Numbered from the whole stretch's first letter, positions 36,949 through 49,980 are shown. The stretch is DNA of 63,922 nt, filler included, from Octopus bimaculoides (GCF_001194135.2; 5 parts of 5 records of this genome joined end to end with filler, not necessarily neighbours in it), one strand, 5' to 3'. Notes: generated by a model from the letters alone, not told the origin. Numbers and translations are program-made.

Positions 36949-38760
36949 TATAGGATTTACGTAATCAATTTCATTTGTTTACAACTGTTTCAACTATACC
37001 ATTCAGTGTTCTCAGAGGTTAGTCGTTGTGTATCCCCTTATAGCTGCCTCGGAGTTTCTAAAAAAAAGTACTCCGAGGGTGATATAAAGTGATGTACAAG
37101 CACTTATCCTGACTTCAGTGCATCTTAGAGCAGTAAGAGTTCCACACAAATGAAACTGATATGGAATTCTTCTACCTTTGTCGCATCATATGATGCATCT
37201 TCTTTATTTCCGCTGCACAGTCCATCATTGTTTGTCTGTCCGTAACTATCTGGATTTATATTATTCGTGGAACATATGAGTTTGTCTGGTATAATGTAGA
37301 TTGAACGATGCTATAGGCATATTGAAATTCACTAGAGCAACGGTATGCTCATCTTCAAATTAATGTAGCAAAATTCCCAATAGGAAAAATAAAAATAAAA
37401 CACAACTCAAATTAGATGATTACACCATTATCACGTTACATGTTATTGTTTAAATAAAAAGTAAATAAACATTACATTTATGATAGATCCCGTGTAATTT
37501 CTTAGACGGCTTCGTTTTTATTTTTGTACATATGCTTTATGTGGTCGAAGCGCTCTGTTTTGTTTTTCTTTTGTACCAATAATCTTAGCTGATCGCTCCA
37601 AACAACAGCGCTTATAATGCAACTCGATATATTTTGTATACTTATATGAGATAGCCATTGTATGTCTCAAGTACGAGTGCAGAGCTGTCAGAATTGCACT
37701 AGAGGAAGCCAGCGCTAACACATGAAAACGTGTTACACTCGGAGGAATCAAATAGGCTTTTAGTATTTTAATAGCACCTACCAGGTCCACATTTCAATGT
37801 AGTTTATTATTATTTGTTTTAAGATACCAACTGATTTGCATATACCACTATCTACTGTAGGTGTCAGCTAGAGAGCTGATTCAAAGAAAAACACAAGCAA
37901 CATATTTGATAATTGTGCTCTACTGCTTGTTTGTTTGTTTTTTTTAGTGAAGGACTGATTCAACAAATTGCCTTGCTAGCTACAAAGTTGGTGTCAACAT
38001 ATCACTGGTCTTGCTATGTTTTTCTAGGAAAGTTGTAACATTTTCATAGAATTAGACGTGAAATACACATGTTTTTATACAAATATTTACGTTGATGTTC
38101 ATTGAGATTATGAATTTCAGTGTGTATTGAATGGGTTAGGGACAGACATCATAAATCACAGTGAAATATGTGCTAACAATACATTCGTATCATCTCTTGA
38201 TATTATTTCTTGATATTCTAATGAAATTTTCAGTAATAGATATCGAAATATCATTTTCTTTCAAATATATTTATGAAATTGATGTACAGAATCTCTGTGT
38301 ATTTTGATATAATGTTGAAAAGTCTTTGACTATTTCGCTTTTGTCTTAACAGTAATAGTTAAGGAAATAAATTGAAATATCTGGAGAAAAGTAAAAACAG
38401 AATGATGAATACAGATTTAATGCATACGTAAATGCGAAAATCACAAGTCTCATTGATACACAAGTATGTATTTACGTTAATCTAATCAGGAAACATCTTG
38501 ATGGAATGCAGTGGTAGTGATTTAAAGTGAAGTAGAGAACCTATTACTGGAAGTTGCATTGTGGCGCAGAAAAATAATGATTCGATCGTGGTAACAGACG
38601 TCTCTGTAAAACAGAGGAAAAAAAAGAAAAGAAATCAATGTAATATATATGCAGATTATTTAGTGTAAGAAGAAAAAACAGCCTTTTCAAAAATCCTATA
38701 AATATACGCGCATACATACGCATCTTATATGCATATATTCATATACATACGTATGTACAT

Positions 38761-38795
<35 letters not shown>

Positions 38796-38809
38796 GACAC
38801 ACACATATA

Positions 38810-38840
<31 letters not shown>

Positions 38841-39605
38841 GTCTGTATATATCTATATATGTATATCAATACATACATAAACACATACACACGCTAAAAT
38901 CGGTTTAGCTATATATGAGACATATTTTCCTGTCTTTTAGCGTTTTACTATTTATTAAAAGAGGTGACTAATCTATTTCAGTGAGAAGCATCTGATGATG
39001 TCTCGCAAGACGTGAAGTAGGAAGCAGAGAATATTCACTCCCATTACGCTATTTATTAACGGCTAAAGGAAGAATGAAAAAAAAGTATATGAATAGATGA
39101 AACAAGTAACGAAAGAACTACAAATAAAATAATAACACTACCAAGGGAAAATACGGCTAAAACCACATTAATGAAAATAACAAAGATTTCTAACGTAGAT
39201 TCAAAGCACACATTTTGTGGAGGTGTCGAAATTTATTTAATCAACAAGAGTACTCGCCTTGTATTTATTATATGGTCTTCCATTGAAATGAGTTATAGCC
39301 AACTCTGGCAGAAACTGTCTTCAAAATGTAAGCATCATTCTGCAGTTAAGAATTTTCATCTTCAAATTTATATTTTGGGTTCGAGCCCACTAAGCTGTAA
39401 ATTGCTCCGGAGTTTCCTGTCTATGATATAGGCTTCCAAATACATTTTGGGTGAAGTCATTCGATGGAACCTTTGCAGCAGCCGATTGAACACATTCAGA
39501 CATACATACACACACATTATATGATATTTGTGTGTGTGTGTACGTGTAATTATAAGTTTGTATGTGTGTGTATGTGTGTGTGTATGTGTATGTGTGTGTG
39601 TGTGT

Positions 39606-39641
<36 letters not shown>

Positions 39642-40467
39642 GTGTAAGTGTATGTACATACATCAATATGTACGCGCACGCATGTGTTTGGACGGTCGTG
39701 TCTTAAATGTGTCCACTAGATGATTGTCACAGCACCAAATGCTGAATATCGGGAGATCAAAATTGTGAATTTTTAAATGTGATAGAGGAAACTGATAAGA
39801 CAAATGGTTTGCTATTACGTTTCTTTAAGATTTTTAAAACAGTTTGTCTGAGTATTTAAGAAAAGTTAAACGTGTTTTGTAGGGGGACAGTATATAAGAC
39901 ATCTCTTCTTATAATTCGCTTATTATTGAATAATTGTAAGCGAATACAAACGTACAAATATTAATGAACGATTATAAAACTGTTGGCGTTTGAAAAATAT
40001 TGATAATGATCTTACGGTTTTGTTTCTTTTCTTTTATACTACTCGCATTAAGAATGACTCATAAAGCAAAAGTTTTGATTTTTTTGTAAATATAACATAT
40101 AAAACCCTTAGCTGCTCATAATTTAACTTACAAGTGAAATGTTACTGGCAAAAGCAATCAATAATGCGTGTATACAAACCGAATCTTCTAACAATGTTAA
40201 ATATACTGATAGAAGCCTGAAATATATAACTGTGGATGCTATTCATTTTGAGGGTATAGAATTTGCGTGATGTATTAGAAAATGTTAGGTACATATGTAC
40301 TATGCCTAGCAAAATATTTAGTTAATTTTGTATTATAATAATAAAGTTATACTTGCAAGTAGGATATTCAGTGGCGGTCCTTGTATGGGCACGTATATGA
40401 TAAATAAAATGAGACAACACAGCCAAGGGTGTATGAAAATTTCAGGATATTTCTAAAGAGAAAGTTA

Positions 40468-40515
40468 GTCTTACAGCTGTCTCTGGGATATTAGGGATAT
40501 CCATTCATCAGAGAC
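40468..40515 (-). ncRNA. Minimal hammerhead-like motif with GAAA>GAGA mutation, inside a Penelope-type UTR-like repeat (about 40380-41260)
   Basis: GUCU-CUGAUGA-AU GGAUAU CCCUA AUAUCC CA-GAGA-CAGCU-GUA-AGAC. Confidence 0.6.
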
Positions 40516-40902
40516 GGTGGGAGATGGTTAAACATAAGAAAATAGTATAGTTCCAGATAAGGAGTATTTTAGAAAACAATGGAAATAAGAAGTATAAATG
40601 GAAATAGGAGAATAAAAGTAAAAATAGAAATATATGCTGGATGTTATACTTGCAGTTCCATTATCGAAAGAAAGTGGTGAAATACTTTTTGTCCGATGTA
40701 TCTAAATTCCGATACGAGTTCATATTGTGTCGTCAGATATAGAAAGTGTGGAGACGTAGATTCCACGTGCTGTTCATTCAAAGGGGTCTTGTGGTGTGAG
40801 TGAAATTTTGAGTATGTAGTGGTAGTATTAAGTAGATAAAGAGGTGAGAAAGGATGTGTATGTTAAAATCAGGAGAATGGTCAAAAGGAATAGGTGAGGA
40901 AA

Positions 40903-40947
<45 letters not shown>

Positions 40948-41454
40948 AGGAGAGAAAATGAAAAAGGAGTGTTAGTTGGTGGTCAAGATATAAGGGATGG
41001 GAGAGGAGTGGGGGGGGATAGGAAGAGATAAGAATGTAAGGAATGAATATGCGTGAGAAATGGGAGTGGGGTGATATGCTTGAAAGACACTAAAGGGAAA
41101 GGATGTGTACAGAAAATGGTACAGGCGGTGGTGGTTACTTAAGTGAGTAGTAAACCTCACACAGGAAGGAAAGATTAAGATATAATAGTCAAATTTCTAA
41201 AAATAAACGGTGTTTATTGTACCGGCTAATGTGATAGTGGGGTTAAAAAATCAGAGAGAGAAAGAAAGAAAGAAGCGTATATTGATAGATGCACGCGCGC
41301 ACACACATACATATACGTGTGTATATGCACTATTATATATGCTCGTATACTCATGTGCTTAAACCCATACGCATATATGCATATATATATATATATAAAT
41401 ATAAATATATNNNNNNNNNNNNNNNNNNNNNNNNNNNNNNNNNNNNNNNNNNNN

Positions 41455-41466
41455 TTAATTAATTAA
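41455..41466. other. Assembly gap linker TTAATTAATTAA (also at 10731, 24011 and 31783)
   Basis: Identical 12-mer embedded in N runs four times. Confidence 0.95.
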
Positions 41467-42100
41467 NNNNNNNNNNNNNNNNNNNNNNNNNNNNNNNNNN
41501 NNNNNNNNNNGGGGGGGGGGTAGTGAAAGATATGAGTGATTCAGGAAGGAGGATGTGGTAAGTGGGAGTAAAGGAAGGAAGGGGAGTAGCAGAAAGAGAG
41601 AGAGAGAGATGTACAGTGATAGAGATGGAAGTCAGATCTATGTAGGGGTGGCTGTAGCGTGGGAGAGATAAAGATGCTGGTGGGGATGGAGGGGTGTTGG
41701 GGGGTGTCACCTGCAGATGTGATAGCAGTGATGAGAAAGGTGTGGCAGTCCTATGACAAAGTTCAGAGGAAGAGGAGGAGGAGGGGAAATAAATGGAGGT
41801 ACAGAATGGTGCGGGGTGGGGGGGGTGATTGTGGAAAAATAAAGTGATATTGAGAATGAAGGCCGCATTTTAAGTGGAAGAGGTTGCCAGCTCTTGTCAA
41901 ACCACCCAACCCATGTGTCAGCATGGACAACAGACATTAATTGACAACAATAGCAATGATGATGATGATGATGTTGATAATGATGATGATGATGATGATG
42001 ATGATGATGGTGATGGTGGTGGTGGTGGTGGTGGTGGTGGTAATGATGATGATGACAATCTGGAGTATTTCTACTTTGCATGAAATTTAATTATTTTCAG

Positions 42101-42316
42101 GGTGCCTTTGTTGGACTGATGTCTGGATTGTTTATTGGTCTATTGCGATTTATTTGGGAATTTTCTTATGCTAATGTACCATGTGGAGAAGAAGGATCAC
42201 GTCCATCCATTATTACAGATGTCCATTATTTACATTTTGGCCTAATCCTTTTTGGTATTGTAATATTTATAACAGTTGCTGTTAGTTTGGTTTCAAAACC
42301 GAAACCACCACATGAA
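42101..42316 (+). CDS. SLC5A: SLC5 (SGLT-type sodium/solute symporter) exon, phase 0/0, late transmembrane region
   Basis: TTATTTTCAG|GAFVGLMSGLFIGLLRFIWEFSYANVPCGEEGSRPSIITDVHYLHFGLILFGIVIFITVAVSLVSKPKPPHE|GTAAGT; resembles the SGLT GAFWGL..VHYLYFAIILF segment. Confidence 0.93.
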
Positions 42317-42851
42317 GTAAGTAAATCCCATTTTTTTCCCCCTGTTCTTTTTAATTTCAGCATATTTTTCCATGTTGATAAAATGCTGGATTGTTCAAGA
42401 AATTCTGAAATTTCTCGAAAAATTATGACCGTTGCTAAAAAGGATTTCTGCATCAACCATGTTACAATTTTGTGCTTCCTATTTAAGTCAATGCAAAAAG
42501 TAATCGAGGGTGTGCATTAAAGTGTCTGTTTCAGCCTGAAATAAATGCCAGTTCACCATATATGATAATGGGTATTCTACATTACTGTCTTTCACAGGGA
42601 TTACATCTGAGCAACCTCAGACATTCAGTAAAAGACTGATGGAATGTGTCTTATACTCAATGCATGAAGACATTGACCCAATGTTCTGTCTTTATTTCAT
42701 ACATAACCTTTGTTTTACAAACAGAGAACTTATGCCTGATAGTTTGGGTTACCCCATAAATGAACTTATATTGTTCTCAATGATAGTAGCTACTTAGTCT
42801 GCATGAATTATTTATCTACAAACAAAATTTCAGCCTTGATGATATCACTGA

Positions 42852-42966
42852 AATTTATGTAAAGCTCTCAACAACAGATAATTTATGTAAAGCTCTCAAC
42901 AACAGATAATTTATGTAAAGCTCTCAACAACAGATAATTTATGTAAAGCTCTCAACAACAGATAAT
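42852..42966. repeat. Four perfect tandem copies of a 28-bp unit (AATTTATGTAAAGCTCTCAACAACAGAT)
   Basis: Units start at 42852, 42880, 42908 and 42936; no spacers. Confidence 0.97.
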
Positions 42967-44128
42967 GTTGTCCTAGGATGATTCCAGATAAGAAATGTAT
43001 ATTATGAACCAGATCAATTGTTTCACTTAGGATTTTACAAAGACTTGTTGCATACACGAAAAACAAAATAACATGATGTCTTTGGGGTTTTTCTTAGGAG
43101 GCATCATCAGTGTTGCATCACTAACTTATGGAATATCTTAGTTTGTCATTTCTGACTATGTTAAACAGCATGTTGATCATGTCAGGAAAGTTTGGAACAA
43201 CATGACAGAGAATTTTATCATGTAGAGTTGTTTAAAAATAGTCTCAGACTAACCATATAGCCAACAAACTACAATCTATGATTTCATGGTGCCATTCCTC
43301 TCAAATCAAGGTGAAGAGTTGAAATAACATATTAGATACTAGAATAAATATATGGGTATGCAAAATAAACATTTCATTGACTATTTTAAAAACATATTTC
43401 AATCTCATTACCTAATAAGCTTCTTAATTCAAATTTTAAATTTTTGCACAAGGCCAGCAATTTCAAGGCAGGTGTGAGTCTATTATATTGACCCTACTGC
43501 TCAATTAGCATTTATTTTATTGACGCCCCAAGATGTTGATAGACAACCACAGCAGAATTAGAGCTCAGAGTGTAAAGGCAAATGAAATGCTGCTAAGCAT
43601 TTTGCCTGGCATGCAGCCAGCTCACCATCTTAATAATAACAATGATGGTGATGATGATGATGAAGATGACAATGATGATGATGATCTCAAATTTTGGCAC
43701 AAAGCCAGCAATTTTTTGTTGGGTGTCAAGTCAGTTACATCAACCCCAGTGCTCCGCTGGTGTTTATTTTAATGACCGCGAAAGGATGAAAGGCAAAGCT
43801 GGCCTTAGTGGAATTTGAACTCAGAAGGCAAAGACAGACTAAATGCCACGAAGCATTTTGTCCACCATTCTAACGGTTCCGCCAGCTTACTGCCTTCTCC
43901 TCAATTCCAGTGTCACTACATACGTTTTCTTCTAATCAGTTAATGCCTTCAGTAATGAAGACAGTTGATGCTTATATTTATTACCTTTGTATAAAGATTT
44001 GAATGACATTAGATAAAGCGTTAAAGCTTTTATAACCTTAGATTCCTGAGAATTATTTTAATTGAGGCTAACAGAGTTTCATTTTCAGGTTTCTTGAAAG
44101 GTATAAAAATATCTTGATATCTTCATTT

Positions 44129-44185
<57 letters not shown>

Positions 44186-44298
44186 TTTTTTTTATAATAG
44201 AAGGGTAAAATCTGTTATAATTTTACCAGGTAGTCAGTGTGGAAATAAAAACCTCCTAGGTAAATTTTACAAAATATTTTATAATTATATTCATAATT

Positions 44299-44483
44299 AT
44301 AACAAGGAATCGGCTTTATGCCACACCACACGCTGCAAGAAATAGAAGCTAAAAGCCCCTATTATCACCTTAAAATCTCCAAGAATAAGTGTGTTATTCT
44401 CTGAGATTTTAAGGTGGTAATAGGGGCTTTTAGCTTCTATTTCTTACAGTGTGGGGTGAGGGGTAAAGCCGATTCTTTGTTAT
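44299..44483. repeat. Near-perfect 185-nt hairpin (90-bp arms, 5-nt loop) in an SLC5 intron
   Basis: 44299-44388 is the reverse complement of 44394-44483 with few mismatches; loop GTGTG. Confidence 0.95.
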
Positions 44484-44638
44484 TAAAATATATATATATC
44501 GTTTGTAGAAATACATAAATCCTCCAGAGAAGTATACTCTCTTAACTGCTCTCTCTCTCTCTCTGTATATATATATGTGTATGTGTGTGTATCCTTCAAA
44601 ATTTCTTTCTAAGAAATTGCTTTCTCCATTAATTACAG

Positions 44639-44792
44639 CTGCATAATTTGACTTACTGGACAAGAAATTGGAAACCATTATCCAAAGCATCAACTGTGTC
44701 AAACATATCAGGAAGTGTGGCGAGCAAATTAGAAAGTATGGAGTGCAAATCAGAAAGTATGGAGTGCAAATCAGAAAGACCTACCAATGAAA
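44639..44792 (+). CDS. SLC5A: SLC5 penultimate exon (large cytoplasmic loop), phase 0/1
   Basis: TTAATTACAG|LHNLTYWTRNWKPLSKASTVSNISGSVASKLESMECKSESMECKSERPTNE+A|GTATGT; LHNLTYWTR resembles SGLT LYRLCWSLR; in frame with both neighbouring exons. Confidence 0.88.
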
Positions 44793-46107
44793 GTATGTTA
44801 TATTATATATTTACTGTAACAGTTCATTTTACTTTGGCTAGATCCTACACACATGCACGTGTGTGTGTGTGCACAGACACACACACACATACAAGAAATC
44901 TGCCAGACTTTTACAGAATTAGGTGGGCATAAGCATACCTGATATCGTTATCATTAAGCCTAACTCACCATAAAGTAAATACCATCATGACCGATATCCA
45001 AACTATAGTGGAAAAGGTTAGCCACTGGATTTGGTTAAAAAGAGATGATGAGTGATGGCTAGAGAAATATTGACCTTTATTCAATAACCAGTTGATCTAG
45101 CAAGTGGGGCCTCATATCAGTGAGGGGGGGGGCAGTGCACAATGATGCTGTCGAGAGGTAGGCCCCGAAACAGTGTGCATTCTCTTCTGATGACCCCAAA
45201 CACTTGCTGGCTCCCAGTATGCAGAGTTCTCAACTGGTAGCCCTTGCATGTACAAGTTGTTTGCAAAACATCAAAATTACACCTTATAGCTAATTTTGGA
45301 TAAAAGTTAAAAAAAGATAAAGGGTACAATTTTTCTAAATTAAATATATATATGTAATACAATGGGAAATTATGGAGATGTACTTGCATAGCAAGTGACC
45401 TGATCTGAGATCGTGTGCTGGAACAAAAACAATTGCAGCATGGAAGGTGTTTATAAGCCATTTAAAATAACACACAAAGACCGTTAGATTCACTTCAACA
45501 TTTAAATTTAATTTGTCAAAATATTTTTGTCGCTTTGAGACCGCGATTATTTTGATATTTATCAGTAAAATGAAAAATCTGGACATGTTTTAGCTTTATC
45601 AATGCATCACAAACTAGCTGAATTAATTAATGAAATAATTAAGTAAAGGATTTTTTCCCTAGAATTTTATTCTATCACAATATTGGTTCAACTCTTCCTC
45701 AATCGTGAAATTAGAATTAACTTTGAACTGAGCTGTTAAATCCCTCCAAGTTTGAAAAGTCAGCAAAAAAGGCAGCTCTTTGATAGGATTTTAACTATGA
45801 ATCAAAAAGTTGTATTTTACCCTTACATTAGCACATTCTCTTTTTGATATTAATAAGTTAAACTAAGGGTACTGGTATGTGTTCTGGCTGATTATGTTCT
45901 GAGTTCAAATCCTGTTGGGGCTGGTCATGCCTTTCACCCTTCTGAGGCCAAGGATGAAATGAAATATCAGTTAAGTTGACTAATTCCCCTGTTGTAAAAT
46001 TACTGGTATTGTGCCAAATTAAAATCTATTAATCATAGGAACACTATTTAAACATTTAAAGTGAAAAATATCATTTTAGCAAGTCTTTTTTCCATTCTAA
46101 ACTCCAG

Positions 46108-46325
46108 ACAAATCACCCACAAAATGGTATGTTACTGCTTTCAACTGGATTTGTGGTATTGAAAAGCTTGCGCAACAGCCGGAAGAATTAACTTTGGAAC
46201 AGAAAATTGAGCTACACGAGAAAATGACTAATATCGATGAAAAGCCAAAATGGAAAAGATTCACAAATCTTAATGCTATTGCACTGATTGTTCTAGCAAC
46301 ATTCTTGTGGGGTTTCTATCATTAA
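46108..46325 (+). CDS. SLC5A: SLC5 last coding exon (final transmembrane helix, stop codon)
   Basis: CTAAACTCCAG|(N)KSPTKWYVTAFNWICGIEKLAQQPEELTLEQKIELHEKMTNIDEKPKWKRFTNLNAIALIVLATFLWGFYH*; typical SGLT C-terminus; absent from the ORF track. Confidence 0.93.
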
Positions 46326-47783
46326 AACACTGTTCATCAATGCTAGATAAAGTTTGTTTAATATAAAAATATTGCAGGATTCAAATACATTTTAGAATTG
46401 ATGAAACAAAATATTAACTAAAATGGCATGTAAGTCTGTTGAACTGTAATATAGTAAAAAAAAAAAAAATCTAGGACATAACCAATTTATATATCTGTAA
46501 GTGTGTATATATATATTTGTATATATGTACTCTTGTGGAACATCTCCCATCTTCTGTACTGCCTATACTCCCCACCCAACTGCTACTTGAGGGTAGGTCT
46601 CCATGCATCTCCAACACCATCTATTTCTCTCTCCCTCTCTCTTGTTACCTATCTCTCTCCCTTTCTTTTCCCAACTGGGTAACCAAGTATCTCCTTTGTA
46701 GTGAGACGCCTATCTCTATCCCTCTGCTATATCCTAACCTTTCACTTGGCACAAAGCCATCTCCCTTGGTTCCACTTCCTCTCTCAGCCAGACGTTCTTC
46801 ATCTCACAAGTTACTTAATGACCCTGCTAGTGTTCATGCCATGTAAAACACACCACTGCTGACACCATATAAAATGCACCCAGTACATTCTGCATCCAGA
46901 CTTAGAAACCATGCCAAAGCAGACAGTGGACCCTGGTGCAGCTCCAGGCCTTGCCAACCAATGCCAGCATGGAAGACGGATGCTAAATGATGATCATGGT
47001 GATGTATATATATATATATATATATATGTATTTCTTTCTATCTATCTATCGATCTACCTACCTACCTACCTATCTATCTATCTATCTATCTATAGATAGA
47101 TAGACAGCTAGATAGATAGGTAGATAGACAGATAGATAGATGGACAGACAGGCAGACAGACAGACAGACAGACAGACAGACAGGTAGCTAGGTAGATAGA
47201 TTGACAGACAGATTTATAGATAAATAATGAATAGATATATACATATACATTCATAGATATACACAAACACACACATGTATTTAAAGAATAGCAGTGACAA
47301 TTAAAATTCTCTAACCTTTCTATTTGTCTTGTAAGCAAAATAAGAGCAAAAATATTTTGTTCGTTTACACTTTTCCCACTGCACAACATTATCACAATAT
47401 TAATTTCATTTTCTTTTTAATGTTGGAATTCAAAGTAGATTATCTTTCTTTAAATTCTACTGAAAAAAATTACAATTTTCACTGGAAGAACAAAGTTTCT
47501 CAAATGGGTTCTCAAATGGAAAGTGAAATTCAAAGGGTGCTTTGGCCCAATGATAGAAAGTTTGTCATGTTTACTGGAGATGTGGGTTCAAATCCCATGG
47601 ACAGTCTTTCACTTTTTCTATCCAAAAGAGGTATTTCAACCAAACAATTACAAGATATCGTTTATAGCTTCAAGTTACACTAAAAAAGAAAAATTATTTT
47701 ACCCTCCACCACGAAATTACTGGCCCTGTGCCAAAATTTAAATTGAACATTTTATACTGGTAATATATTTCTATTGTCCTTTT

Positions 47784-48247
47784 TAACCCTTTCGTTACCA
47801 ACCAGGCTCTATAGTACAAATGTCTTGTTTCCATAAGTTCTGAATTAAAATCTTCCACCAAACCTTAGTCACAATTTATGTTCCTAACACTAGCTGAATG
47901 CTAACAAAGTTATTTTACTAAATTCTTTGTTATATTTAAAATTAATTGAAAGAAACACAGAGCATTTCAACAGAAATATGGTAATAAAATGGTTAAACTA
48001 TATAATAGAGAAACAATTCTTAACCCTTTAAATACCAACTCACCTGAAACTGCCTCTGGCTCTGGGTACAAATGTCTTGTTCTCAAAAGTTTTGAATTAA
48101 AATCTTCCAGTAAACCTTAGTCACAATTTATGCTCCTAACACTAGCTTAATGATAACTAAGTTATTTTACTAAATTCTTTGTTATATTTAAAATTAATTG
48201 AAAGAAACACAGAGCATCTCAAAATAAATGCAGTAACGAAAGGGTTA
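47784..48247 (+). mobile_element. Two adjacent copies of a TTAA-flanked (piggyBac-type) MITE; related copy at about 57237-57503
   Basis: TTAACCCTTTCGTTAC...GTAACGAAAGGGTTAA termini; about 210-230-bp bodies highly similar. Confidence 0.7.
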
Positions 48248-48759
48248 AAAATAGATCCTCCATCAAATCAGTTGTTCTGGTAGTTAGACTCATTAACTCA
48301 CTCATTAGCTTAATATATAAATAGTTGAGTATTCCTTAGAGATATGTACCCCTAATGTAAAGTCACAGGCCAAATCAGGATCTTTGAACAAGGGGTAGAA
48401 TCCATTGACTGGGCTTCCACACAGATTCCATCTATCAATTTTCGTCCACATGACCTTGTTCAATTCAAGGCTACGGTGAAAGAACTGCCCAAAAGATCAA
48501 ATCTAGGAATCCATGATTGTAAAGCAAGCATTTTAATCACTCAGCCATGCTGTGATCCATTTCATAACTGGATCAGTAAATCTAAGAATTCAAGCTTGAA
48601 AGTTAAAAGTTTTCACTGCATATGAGACACTCCTTTTCTCTAAATTGTCACCCCCTCTGCAAATCTTAGAATTTTTTATTTGAAATTTCCCACCACCTCC
48701 ACCACCAACTGGCAATGATTCATGTTATGTCCGTCCACTAACATGTTTCCTCTTGCTGC

Positions 48760-48804
<45 letters not shown>

Positions 48805-49463
48805 ATTCATCATGTTGATCCATTAAACCCTACACATTTTTTTCTCTCTCCATTTTTTTTTACTTTCAATGCTTTCTTTTGAAAAGTGTAGACTCAAAAT
48901 ATCAAAGACTTTTCTATTCTTTCTGAGTGTCAAACTAATACACCTGCTTGTTGCTCCTTCACCTGTCTCCATCTCATGTTTTCTGTAAATTTGAACTATA
49001 TATATATATATATATATATATNNNNNNNNNNNNNNNNNNNNNNNNNNNNNNNNNNNNNNNNNNNNNNNNNNNNNNNNNNNNNNNNNNNNNNNNNNNNNNN
49101 NNNNNNNNNNNNNNNNNNNNNNNNNNNNNNNNNNNNNNNNNNNNNNNNNNNNNNNNNNNNNNNNNNNNNNNNNNNNNNNNNNNNNNNNNNNNNNNNNNNN
49201 NNNNNNNNNNNNNNNNNNNNNNNNNNNNNNNNNNNNNNNNNNNNNNNNNNNNNNNNNNNNNNNNNNNNNNNNNNNNNNNNNNNNNNNNNNNNNNNNNNNN
49301 NNNNNNNNNNNNNNNNNNNNNNNNNNNNNNNNNNNNNNNNNNNNNNNNNNNNNNNNNNNNNNNNNNNNNNNNNNNNNNNNNNNNNNNNNNNNNNNNNNNN
49401 NNNNNNNNNNNNNNNNNNNNNNNNNNNNNNNNNNNNNNNNNNNNNNNNNNNNNNNNNNNNNNN

Positions 49464-49494
49464 GAAGGGAAATAGCCCTGAAACTCGAGTCGCC
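49464..49494 (+). ncRNA. 3' part of a minimal hammerhead-like motif running into a gap
   Basis: (N)GA-AGGG AAAUAG CCCU-GAAA-CUCGA-GUC-GCC; perfect stem II, palindromic ACUCGAGU. Confidence 0.5.
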
Positions 49495-49821
49495 TTTATA
49501 TATTTATATTTATATATTTATATATTTGATCCTTTATATTGAACACTCAATGTTTCATCTACATTCAATACTTTCTTTCATGGTGCCATCCATTTTTATT
49601 TTTTTAATTTAATTTTATTTTATATTATATATTGTATATTATATTATATATTGTATATTCCATATTCTATACCCCACATTGGTTCTGCAGGAATATAAAT
49701 AAAACATAAAAAACAGACAGTGTTGGAACTCTTTTAAACAAAATAATATATATATATATATGATAATTGAATAAGTTGGAGTCAACAAGAAGGAGTACAG
49801 AGGAACATTTATTTTTAATCA

Positions 49822-49980
49822 CTACAATTGTTTCCCTGCAATGTAGTTCTCTAGGTTCACAGGTATTTGGTTATGTAACCATTTCCTTGCATTATGAGAT
49901 TTGTTGTGTTTCCTCAGGTGATGAATAAATATTGCTTCTGTGTTCTGTAAACTCAAATTCTCAGCTTCACTCTTCCAATC
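49822..49980 (-). CDS. Candidate terminal exon of an unidentified minus-strand gene
   Basis: TATATATTAG|DWKSEAENLSLQNTEAIFIHHLRKHNKSHNARKWLHNQIPVNLENYIAGKQL*; AATAAA about 10 nt after the stop; no homology recognised. Confidence 0.3.
   Translation of the reverse strand, partial: DWKSEAENLSLQNTEAIFIHHLRKHNKSHNARKWLHNQIPVNLENYIAGKQL

Noticed and set aside
10731-41466. TTAATTAATTAA repeated four times inside N runs
   Set aside because: Synthetic gap linker with stops in all frames; an assembly artefact
42852-42966. 28-bp repeats as a CRISPR array
   Set aside because: No spacers, eukaryotic context, no cas genes
47540-47610. tRNA-like B-box (GGTTCAAATCCC) as a tRNA gene; likewise other SINE heads
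   Set aside because: No cloverleaf; continues into SINE body sequence
47324-47683. 119-aa ORF downstream of SLC5
   Set aside because: Runs through a SINE head and AT-rich sequence; no splice or homology support
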